From NCBI RefSeq assembly GCF_004102945.1, contig NZ_CP019384.1, positions 450,001-482,000 on the forward strand: a stretch of DNA of 32,000 bases, written 5' to 3'. The position numbers and the translations under genes were made by a program. Source of the DNA: Candidatus Velamenicoccus archaeovorus. GTDB lineage: Bacteria; Omnitrophota; Gorgyraeia; Velamenicoccales; Velamenicoccaceae. The notes beneath the pieces were generated by a model. The model saw only the letters and a program-made list of their open reading frames with translations, made no database searches and had not been told where the DNA came from. Of the stretch, positions 8,224 through 17,334 are shown one piece after another; the stretch's first letter is position 1, and every line of letters starts with the position of its first letter.

Positions 8224-8753
8224 GGCCGCCGCACAAGCGGAGGGTTTAACCCAGAAAGGGTAGGCCTCTGCATTCCACATAGCGGAGGGTCTAATTCCGC
8301 CGGAGGCGGAAGGATTAAAGCAATCAACATTACTCCTTGCGTCTAATCACTTGGAAATTTTCGCCAGGGTAGGCCGTCGGCCTGGCGTAGCCGGCCAGGA
8401 CGGCCATCCGGCAAAAATTTCCTGCGTAGCCGCAGGGTTAATTTTGCAAGGAATAGGAACTCTATTATAGGCAAAATTAAGGAATAAGCGTTGACCCCTC
8501 GCTTAAGCACTTGAGAATTTTAGCCACGACGGGTCGGCAAAAATTCTCTGCGTAAGCTCGGAGTTAATTTTGTAAGGAAAGAGACCTCGATATAGGCAAA
8601 ATTAAGGAATAAGCATTGACTTCTCGCCTAAACACTCGAAAATTTACTGCCAGGGTTGGCTTGGCGGCCAGCCGGCGTAAATTTTCTTCGTAGGCTCGAA
8701 GTTGATTTTGCAAGGTAGGTAACCTCGCTATAGACAAAATCAAGGAGGGCAGT
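8224..8753 (+). repeat. Composite structured repeat array: H0/H1/H2 hairpins (8224-8329) plus three tandem U modules (8330-8490, 8491-8615, 8616-8749)
   Basis: Repeated units each carry two conserved hairpins (P1, P2) with compensatory substitutions. The last unit ends in AAGGAGG, 5 nt before the ATG at 8754. Confidence 0.8.
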
Positions 8754-9719
8754 ATGAAGACGAAGGAGATCCCGGCCGACAAACTGAACTCTAGGCTTTT
8801 CATCGCAGAAAAAGTCAGGGACATCGACCGGGCCGTCAAATCCGGTTTTGCCATTAACGCCCTTTCCGGCGGCGTGGATTCATCGGCTGTCACCATGCTG
8901 GGGCACAAGGCCCTGGGCAAGAGGCTCAAGACTTATTTCATCGATAACGGCATTATGCGCCGCAATGAACCGCGGCAGATCGTCCTTTTATTCAAGCGGC
9001 TGGGCGTTACGGTGGATATCATCGACGCCAAAGAAAAATTCTTTAAGGCCCTCAAGGGGGTAACGGACCCCGAAGAAAAGAGGGAGGCCATCACCAGGAC
9101 ATTCTATAAGGATGTCTTCGGCAGTCTGGTGAGGAACAGCAAGGCCAAGTATCTTTTGCAGGGGACTATTTTGACGGACGTCGATGAGACGGTCGCCGGC
9201 ATCAAGCGCCAGCACAATGTTTTCAAGCAATTGGGGATCGACCCGCAGAAGGCCTTTGGTTATAAGATCCTGGAGCCTCTGGTCCAGCTGCGTAAAGACG
9301 GCGTGCGCAAGGTCGCCCAGGCGCTGGGATTGCCGCCTTCAGTATTCAGCCGTATGCCGTTTCCCGGGCCGGCCCTGGCCGCTCGCGTGATCGGCGAGGT
9401 GACACCCGAGAAAATCGAAATGGTGCGTCATGCCACGGCCATTACGGAAGAGGCCCTTGTCTCACAGAAGGCGTTTCAATGCATGGCCATTCTTCACAAC
9501 GACCGGGTCACGGGCATCCGGGACGGCAGGAGGGATTTCGGCATGCAGATAGAGATCCGTTGCTGGGACAGTATCGACGCCCGCAAAGCAGAGCCGACCA
9601 GGCTCCCTTATGAGATACTCAGTCTTCTGGCGAGGCGTATCGTGACGGAAGTCCCTGGCGTCGTGAGCGTGACCTATAACATCACGCCCAAGCCGCCGTC
9701 GACCATGGAAGCGATATAA
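8754..9719 (+). CDS. GMP synthase ATP-pyrophosphatase subunit (subunit-B type, no glutaminase domain)
   Basis: PP-loop ALSGGVDSSAV. guaA-like blocks FIDNGIMRRNE, LLQGTI..DV, ILEPL..LRKD.VR, PFPGPALA.RV, and a C-terminal KPPSTMEAI. The 321 aa correspond to the C-terminal half of bacterial GuaA. Confidence 0.8.
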   Translation: MKTKEIPADKLNSRLFIAEKVRDIDRAVKSGFAINALSGGVDSSAVTMLGHKALGKRLKTYFIDNGIMRRNEPRQIVLLFKRLGVTVDIIDAKEKFFKALKGVTDPEEKREAITRTFYKDVFGSLVRNSKAKYLLQGTILTDVDETVAGIKRQHNVFKQLGIDPQKAFGYKILEPLVQLRKDGVRKVAQALGLPPSVFSRMPFPGPALAARVIGEVTPEKIEMVRHATAITEEALVSQKAFQCMAILHNDRVTGIRDGRRDFGMQIEIRCWDSIDARKAEPTRLPYEILSLLARRIVTEVPGVVSVTYNITPKPPSTMEAI

Positions 9720-9743
9720 GACTGTTGAGCCGATAAAAAAATA

Positions 9744-9873
9744 TTGACAGGTCGGCAAAACGGTTATAACATTATATCTTTCTGAGTGCATATATACAGG
9801 TTCATGCGTGTGGAGTAGTATGAGACAAAGACGTCCATATGATCTTCTGGGGACGTCTTTTTTTTGCACCTAG
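9744..9873 (+). promoter_or_regulatory. Repeat cassette copy 2: promoter, 17-codon Arg-rich mini-ORF and intrinsic terminator upstream of the nfnA-like gene
   Basis: TTGACA at 9744-9749 and TAACAT at 9767-9772. GGAG then ATG at 9820 (MRQRRPYDLLGTSFFCT*, stop 9871-9873). Stem 9828-9836/9851-9859 followed by T8 (9858-9865). Confidence 0.6.
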
Positions 9874-9918
9874 TCCCCGAAAGACACGCATGAGCGGCAA
9901 TAGAGACAGATAAAATCA

Positions 9919-10761
9919 ATGAAGATTTTAGACAAAGATGTCTTGGCGGATCATCAAGGGGTCCGGATTGTCAGGCTGGCCATCCAGGCGCCGGATATCG
10001 CCGCCAAAGCCAGGGCAGGACAATTTGTCGTCCTCATGGTCAGAGAAGAGGGAGAAAGGGTCCCTCTGACGATTGTCCAGGCCGATCCCGGCAAGGGCAC
10101 GATTGTGCTGATTGCGCAGGAGGCGGGCCTGACGACCAAGCTTTTAGCCGGCGCAAAAGCCGGTGATTCCCTCCATTCCATCGTAGGCCCGCTGGGCCAT
10201 CCCACTGAGATCAAGAAATACGGAAAGGTCATCCTTGTCGGCGGCGGTGTCGGTATTGCCGAAATCTACCCCGTGGCTTCGGCATTGAAGAATGCCGGCA
10301 ACCATGTGACCTCGATCATCGGCTCCCGCACCAAGGAGCTCTTGATCCTTGAGCGCGAACTGAAAGAGGCGTCGAGCGAATGTATCATCATGTCCGACGA
10401 CGGTTCTTACGGCCGCAAGGGATTCGTGACCCAGGCCCTCAAGGAGCTCCTCGAAAAATCCACATACGATCTTGTTTATGCCGTCGGCCCCATCCCGATG
10501 ATGCGGGCCGTCTCCACTGTGACAAAGCCCTTCGGCGTCCCGACCCTTGTCTCGCTTAACGCCATCATGGTCGACGGCACGGGCATGTGCGGTTGCTGCC
10601 GCGTGACGGTCGCGGGCAAGGTCAAATTCAGCTGTGTCGACGGCCCGGAGTTCGACGCCGGCCAGGTGGATTGGCAGGAACTGATGAATCGCAACAGCAT
10701 CTATACTGAAAAAGAAAAACATATCTGCCGCCTGACGGGTCAGGCACAAAGCCATCCATGA
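9919..10761 (+). CDS. FAD/NAD(P)-binding oxidoreductase with C-terminal 2Fe-2S, NfnA/SudB-type (ferredoxin-NADP+ reductase alpha-like subunit)
   Basis: 280 aa with PyrK-like fold blocks and a C-terminal Cys cluster GMCGCCRV...C. Its stop overlaps the start of the GltD-like partner (ATGA). Confidence 0.8.
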   Translation: MKILDKDVLADHQGVRIVRLAIQAPDIAAKARAGQFVVLMVREEGERVPLTIVQADPGKGTIVLIAQEAGLTTKLLAGAKAGDSLHSIVGPLGHPTEIKKYGKVILVGGGVGIAEIYPVASALKNAGNHVTSIIGSRTKELLILERELKEASSECIIMSDDGSYGRKGFVTQALKELLEKSTYDLVYAVGPIPMMRAVSTVTKPFGVPTLVSLNAIMVDGTGMCGCCRVTVAGKVKFSCVDGPEFDAGQVDWQELMNRNSIYTEKEKHICRLTGQAQSHP

Positions 10762-12185
10762 AAAAAGAACCGGTCAAGATCAAAGAGAGGGACAAGCTTT
10801 CCAGGGCCAGGGATTTTGAAGAGGTCGTCCTCGGGTTTTCCGAAGGAGAGGCCCTGGAGGAGGCGTCGCGCTGTCTCCAATGCAAAGACCCCAAATGTAT
10901 TGCCGGCTGTCCTGTCGGGATAGACATCAAGGCTTTTATCGGCCAATTGACGAAAAAAGATTATGACGGGGCTTATGCGACGATCCGTCAGAAGAGCAAT
11001 TTTCCCTCCATATGCGGCAGGGTGTGTCCTGCCGAATACCAGTGCCGCAAGGCATGTGTCTTTACCAAAAAAGGCGAGCCCTTTGCGTCCCAGCAGGCTA
11101 TCAATATCCATTTTTTAGAAAGGTTTATCGGCGACCACGGCGCCAAAAAAGGCCTTCACCTCAAGGCATCCGGTGGCTCCAAATATAAAGGGGTGAAAGT
11201 GGCAGTGGTCGGTTCGGGCCCGGCCGGGCTTTGCTGCGCGGGCGAACTGGCGCGCCAGGGCATCAAGGTCGTTATTTTTGAGGGGCTGCACAAGACGGGC
11301 GGCGTCCTGCGTTACGGCATTCCGCCTTTCCGTCTTCCCAGGAAGATCCTCGACTCGGAGATCAATTCTTTAAAAGAACTCGGCGTTGAGATCCACTTGA
11401 ATACTATCATCGGCAAGGCCAAGACGATCGACGAGCTTTTCGGCGAGGGTTTTTCCGCCATATTCCTCGGCCTGGGAGCCGGGATCCCGTCGTTCTTGGG
11501 TGTCCCCGGGGAAAACCTCTGCAATGTCTATTCCGCCAATGAATTTTTGACCAGGGTCAATTTGATGAATGCGCATTTGTTCCCTGTCAGCCACACCCCG
11601 ATCAATATCGGCAGACATATCGTTGTGATCGGCGGCGGCAATACGGCGATGGACGCGGCGCGCGTCGCGATCAGACTGCAGCATTTGGCGGGGGTCCCGC
11701 CCGACACGACTATTTGCTACCGGCGCACGGAAGTCGAGATGCCGGCGCGCAGGCTTGAAATTGAACATGCCAAAGAAGAAGGCGTCAAATTCGATTTCCT
11801 GGTCAAGCCGGAAGAATTTTCAGGTGATGAAAAGGGGTTCGTCGGAAAGATGTGCTCCAGCCGCTGCGAGCTCGGAGAGCCGGATAGCTCCGGAAGGCGC
11901 AGGCCTGTGGTTATTCCTGACAGCCATTTCGAGGTGGATTGCGATCTGGCCGTCATTGCAGTCGGGTTGGGCGCCAACAAGATCCTGACCAGCGTGACGC
12001 CTCAGTTGAAAACCGATAAATACGGCGACGTCACCGTGGATCCCCAGACCATGGAGACGTCCATCAAGGGTGTTTTTGCCGGCGGAGATATCGTAGGAGG
12101 AGAGGGGACTGTGATCGAGGCCATGGGCATGGCCAAGAAGGCGGCCAGCGCTATCCTTGATTACCTGGACAGGAAATCCAAAGAT

Positions 12186-12188
<3 letters not shown>
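10758..12188 (+). CDS. GltD-family NADPH-dependent oxidoreductase, NfnB/SudA-type (glutamate synthase small-chain-like)
   Basis: N-terminal Fe-S motifs CLQCKDPKCIAGCPVGIDI and CGRVCP. Two Rossmann motifs, VAVVGSGPAGL and VVIGGGNTAMD. 476 aa. Confidence 0.85.
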
Positions 12189-13865
<1,677 letters not shown>

Positions 13866-13889
13866 GCCGGCATTGACATAAGGATCGGC

Positions 13890-13919
13890 AAATGGCCGCC
13901 CAAGATGGGCGGCCATTTT
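13890..13919 (+). terminator. Intrinsic terminator after gdhA
   Basis: Stem aaatggccgccc / gggcggccattt with a short loop, running into tttt. Confidence 0.7.
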
Positions 13920-13929
13920 GCTTTCATAT

Positions 13930-14008
13930 ATCTACGGAACATTACTCTTGACGTTTCTATATCTACGTTTTATACTACTTATCGTAGATAAAAAATTCTT
14001 AATCTACG
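13930..14008 (+). promoter_or_regulatory. Fic gene promoter (TTGACG-17-TATACT) interleaved with four ATCTACG motifs
   Basis: -35 at 13948-13953 and -10 at 13971-13976. ATCTACG at 13930-13936, 13961-13967 and 14002-14008 (direct), and 13983-13989 (inverted, cgtagat). Confidence 0.55.
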
Positions 14009-14017
14009 GGAGCGTCA

Positions 14018-15145
14018 ATGAACAGGTCGGGCAGGTATATAGCTCAATTGCAGGGCGATGCGGAATACAAAGCCTTCGTGCCGAATCCTTTGCCTTTTGA
14101 GATTAGGCTGGATGGGGTTCTGCAGACTTTGTTGTCAAAGGCTGATCTCGCATTAGGGAGGCTTGATGGCATCAGCGAGGTGTTGCCCGATGTCGATTTT
14201 TTTATCTTTATGTATACAAGGAAAGAGGCCACGCTGTCCAGTCAGGTTGAGGGGACCCAGGCGACATTTTCCGACGTTTTAAAAGCAGAGGCAAGGATTG
14301 AGGATGCAGAAATTCACAAAGATGTCGATGAGATACTTAATTATATCAAGGCATTAAATTATGGTTTGAAGAAAATGGAGGAGATCCCTCTTTCCTTGCG
14401 ATTGATCAGAGAAATACATGCCACCCTTTTGAAGGGGGTCCGCGGCGAAAGCCGTTGCCCCGGAGAATTCAGGAGATCTCAAAATTGGCTGGGGGGTGTG
14501 ACAATCCGGACAGCTAGGTTCGTTCCGGCGCCGGCACACGAAGTCATGGCCTTATTGGGCAATCTTGAGAAGTTTTTTCATGACGTAACGGCCCTGCCCA
14601 TTCTGATCAAGATCGGCATGATCCACGCGCAGTTCGAAAACATCCATCCTTTTCTTGACGGAAATGGCAGGGTAGGCCGTTTGTTGATTACATTTTATCT
14701 GTGTCAGCAGGGGGTCTTGAAAAAACCCCTTCTGTATCTTTCGGAATTTTTCAAGTCTCATCGGCAGGAATATTACGACCGTCTCGACGCCGTCCATGAA
14801 AAAGATGATATAGAAAGTTGGTTGAATTTTTTTGTTGAGGGCGTCGCCATCACGGCCGATAAAGCCGTCGAAACAACGAGGAAGATATTGCAGTTGAGAG
14901 AAAGAGACCTTCATCGCGTGATGGGTCTCGGCAAATCTTCCGCAAAAGGCAAGATTCTTCTGGATTTCCTCTACAAGGCGCCGTTGATTCAAATTAAGAC
15001 GGTTGAAAGGGTCGCGGGGCTAAAAAATCCAAATGCCTTGGCCTTAGTGGCTAAATTGGCAAGGCTCGGCATTCTTAAAGAGATAACCGGCCAGAAACGC
15101 AACAGGGTGTTTTCTTATAAAGACTACATTGACCTTTTTAAATGA
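14018..15145 (+). CDS. Fic family protein (AMPylator-type) with N-terminal inhibitory helix motif and C-terminal winged-helix-like region
   Basis: Fic motif HPFLDGNGRVGR. SxxxEG inhibitory motif (SSQVEG) in the N-terminal part. 375 aa. Confidence 0.9.
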   Translation: MNRSGRYIAQLQGDAEYKAFVPNPLPFEIRLDGVLQTLLSKADLALGRLDGISEVLPDVDFFIFMYTRKEATLSSQVEGTQATFSDVLKAEARIEDAEIHKDVDEILNYIKALNYGLKKMEEIPLSLRLIREIHATLLKGVRGESRCPGEFRRSQNWLGGVTIRTARFVPAPAHEVMALLGNLEKFFHDVTALPILIKIGMIHAQFENIHPFLDGNGRVGRLLITFYLCQQGVLKKPLLYLSEFFKSHRQEYYDRLDAVHEKDDIESWLNFFVEGVAITADKAVETTRKILQLRERDLHRVMGLGKSSAKGKILLDFLYKAPLIQIKTVERVAGLKNPNALALVAKLARLGILKEITGQKRNRVFSYKDYIDLFK

Positions 15146-15225
15146 AGGTATGACTCTGCGCGGCCTAAAGCTCCGCCCTTTAGGGCGCAAGAGTGTTGTG
15201 GCCGCTTAGAGTAACCCGAAACAAG

Positions 15226-15267
15226 CCCCGGCCCTGGCCTTGCCCGAATGGCAGGCCGAGGCCGGGG
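15226..15267. repeat. GC-rich REP-like palindrome (CTGGCCTTGCCC family)
   Basis: ccccggcc...ggccgggg outer stem enclosing ctggccttgcccgaatggcaggcc. It shares the 16-mer ggccctggccttgccc with 28870-28885. Confidence 0.6.
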
Positions 15268-15334
15268 AATATGGGTTGACTTTCATGTCTTTTTTGATCG
15301 TATGTTTTCGTAAGTGAAAACAAAGGAGAGGGTC

Positions 15335-16183
15335 ATGAGACGCGGGATGATGCTGGTGGTTGGGCTGGTCATGCTTATGACGGTCAATGCTTTTTGCATG
15401 AATATAGATGTGATGATGCCGGTCCTTGAAAAAGCCAAGGGAGGCATAAAGACCATGTTCTCCTCTATCAATAAGGACCTTTCGGACGCCGCCAGGAAGC
15501 TGTCGAGGGTCGATTTCGAAGGAGAGGAGGCGCGCAGGATATTAAACGGTCTGTCTGGCGGACGCGATTATGTCGTTGATTGCGCTATTATCGATACGGC
15601 CGGCAAGATGGTTGTCGTCGAGCCGCAGGAGTATAGAAAATACGAGGGCGAGGACGTCAGCCGGCAGGTGCATATCGCCGAACTCCTGAAAACCAAAAGG
15701 CCTATCTTGAGCGGGGTTTTTCTTTCCGTCGAAGGGATCGAAGTCGTCGACTTTATTTATCCTGTGTTTTCCGATAAGGGGGAGTTCCTTGGCGGCGTCA
15801 GCATGCTGGTCAGGCAGCAGGCGCTCACCGGCGACATTATCGCGCCGCTTGTCCGGGATGTCCCATGCAAAGCATGGGTGATGCAGAAGGACGGTTTGAT
15901 CATCTATGATCCGGATCCGAACCAGATAGGCAGGGATATTTTTACTGACGACTTCTTCCGTCCCTTTGAAGACCTTATTTCATTTTCTGAGACAGTGTCC
16001 AGGGCAACAGACGGCGCCGGTTCCTATGATTTTTATGCCAAGGGCCTGGAAGACAAGACCGTCGTCAAAAAATACGCGGCCTGGGACACGGTTTCTCTCT
16101 ACGGCACCCAATGGCGCATTGTCGTCATGGAAGTCGACCGCCCGGCGATCGTCATCAAAGACCCCGATAGATCAAAAAAGTGA
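15335..16183 (+). CDS. Secreted Cache/PDC-like sensor-domain protein without output domain
   Basis: AAGGAG lies 6 nt before the ATG at 15335 (the ORF track starts at GTG 15314). Signal peptide MRRGMMLVVGLVMLMTVNAF. The alternating beta-rich blocks typical of Cache ligand-binding domains are assigned by eye. Confidence 0.6.
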   Translation: MRRGMMLVVGLVMLMTVNAFCMNIDVMMPVLEKAKGGIKTMFSSINKDLSDAARKLSRVDFEGEEARRILNGLSGGRDYVVDCAIIDTAGKMVVVEPQEYRKYEGEDVSRQVHIAELLKTKRPILSGVFLSVEGIEVVDFIYPVFSDKGEFLGGVSMLVRQQALTGDIIAPLVRDVPCKAWVMQKDGLIIYDPDPNQIGRDIFTDDFFRPFEDLISFSETVSRATDGAGSYDFYAKGLEDKTVVKKYAAWDTVSLYGTQWRIVVMEVDRPAIVIKDPDRSKK

Positions 16184-16261
16184 CGCTCCGCCGGCACGTC
16201 TGCCTGCTTGTCAAAGAGATCGCCGGCGAGATCCAGAAGTATTTGCAACAATAGGCATCTT

Positions 16262-16612
16262 ATGTTGAAAGATAATGCTTTTGGGGGATATGAGTGGAGG
16301 ACAAAGGCTGAGATTTGCGGCCTGCCCCTCGTGCATATTGCCGTCGGGAGAGATCAAAAGACAGGCCGGCTTTTGATTGCCAAGGGGGTCATCGCCATCG
16401 GACAATTTGCCGTCGGTATAGTGGCCGTAGGCCAGTTTGCTTTTGGTGTTTTTGCCGTCGCTCAGCTTGCCGTGGGCATTGCCTGTGGCTTGGGGCAATT
16501 GGCTGTGGGCATGATGGCCATGGGCCAGGTGGCTGTCGGCAGGGATATCATCTGCCAGATTGGACTTGGTAAGAATATGATACCGGCCTTTAACCCTTTT
16601 TTCTTAAGGTGA
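16262..16612 (+). CDS. Small membrane protein with tandem GQxAxG decapeptide repeats
   Basis: AIGQFAVGIV AVGQFAFGVF AVAQLAVGIA ... GQLAVGMM AMGQVAVG. First ATG at 16262 within ORF 16208..16612. The stop overlaps the next gene's start. Confidence 0.5.
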   Translation: MLKDNAFGGYEWRTKAEICGLPLVHIAVGRDQKTGRLLIAKGVIAIGQFAVGIVAVGQFAFGVFAVAQLAVGIACGLGQLAVGMMAMGQVAVGRDIICQIGLGKNMIPAFNPFFLR

Positions 16613-17148
16613 TGATGAAAAAACATCTTTTGATCGTTTGCGCTGCCATATGTTGCTCTGCTGTTTCTTGTTTTGCGGCCAAGCCTGGCGTTGATGCCCC
16701 GGCCCCGGCTTTCAAGGTTGTGTCCGGCGACAAGCAAACCTTGACCTTGGATGAACTCAAGGGCAAGGTGGTTGTGTTGTTTTATGAAGCCAAGAGGGCT
16801 GTCGAGCAGAACCGCAACCTCAAAAACGTGTTGAACCGGTTTTATGAGCGCCAGCCGCAGGACATCAAGAATGATATTGCGCGGGTCGGGGTCATCGACT
16901 GCCAGGGAGTTTTGTTCAGGGGCGCATGGGAATCGGGCCTGCGGGGCCATTCGGTCAAAGAGGGGATCACGGTCTACGGCGATTGGGACGGAAAGATGGG
17001 AGAGGATTACGATTTTAATACAGACGAAAGTAATGTGATTGTGATCGATCGCAAGGGCATGATCCGTTATCGCGCCTCCGGTCCGCTCAAGGACGAGGAT
17101 ATCGGCTCGATCGAGAAATTGTTAGAGAGCCTTGTGAAGGAATCCTGA
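16609..17148 (+). CDS. Secreted thioredoxin-fold (redoxin/YtfJ-like) protein lacking the CxxC / peroxidatic Cys
   Basis: Signal peptide, then PAPAFKV..GDKQTLTLDELKGKVVVLFYEA, which is the AhpC/TSA-like entry strand. No Cys sits at the active-site position. Confidence 0.55.
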   Translation: MMMKKHLLIVCAAICCSAVSCFAAKPGVDAPAPAFKVVSGDKQTLTLDELKGKVVVLFYEAKRAVEQNRNLKNVLNRFYERQPQDIKNDIARVGVIDCQGVLFRGAWESGLRGHSVKEGITVYGDWDGKMGEDYDFNTDESNVIVIDRKGMIRYRASGPLKDEDIGSIEKLLESLVKES

Positions 17149-17180
17149 TTTTGGCAGGGTGAGGGTGTTATGTGAAGCAA

Positions 17181-17219
17181 GACCTTCGCTTGTTGGGGAC
17201 GGGCGAAGGTTTTTGTTTG
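17181..17219 (+). terminator. Intrinsic terminator
   Basis: Stem accttcgc / gcgaaggt followed by ttttgtttg. Confidence 0.65.
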
Positions 17220-17334
17220 CTACGTGTTTTGTCTGTTGGTCCTTTGAGTATGCGGACATGCCGGTTCTTGCATGACAGCTATTCAGCGGTCAAATCTTCT
17301 TGTGAGGTCTTCTAATTCAGCTATAATAAAATCT

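Noticed and set aside
5284-8280. Long minus-strand ORFs (5284..6441, 385 aa; 6664..8280, 538 aa) antisense to carB
   Set aside because: They lie entirely opposite an unambiguous, full-length carB. Their translations are Arg/Gly/Asp/His-rich low-information sequence, typical of antisense frames in GC-rich genes, with no motifs and no RBS.
8491-8640. Internal promoters in U modules (TTGACC / TTGACT boxes at unit starts)
   Set aside because: The sequences 17 nt downstream (agaatt, aaaatt) are poor -10 elements. There is no support without TSS data.
8330-8749. Possible CRISPR array, given the regularly spaced repeats
   Set aside because: Units are about 125-160 nt, contiguous and without unique spacers. 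They are internally structured and diverged from each other, and no cas genes are present. This is not a CRISPR architecture.
9780-9866. Known riboswitch upstream of nitrogen genes (glutamine glnA RNA, and other classes)
   Set aside because: I found no match to the conserved cores I know: glnA RNA, TPP, SAM, c-di-GMP, ZTP, guanidine, fluoride or cobalamin B12-box. The element is better explained as a mini-ORF plus terminator. This needs confirmation with cmscan.
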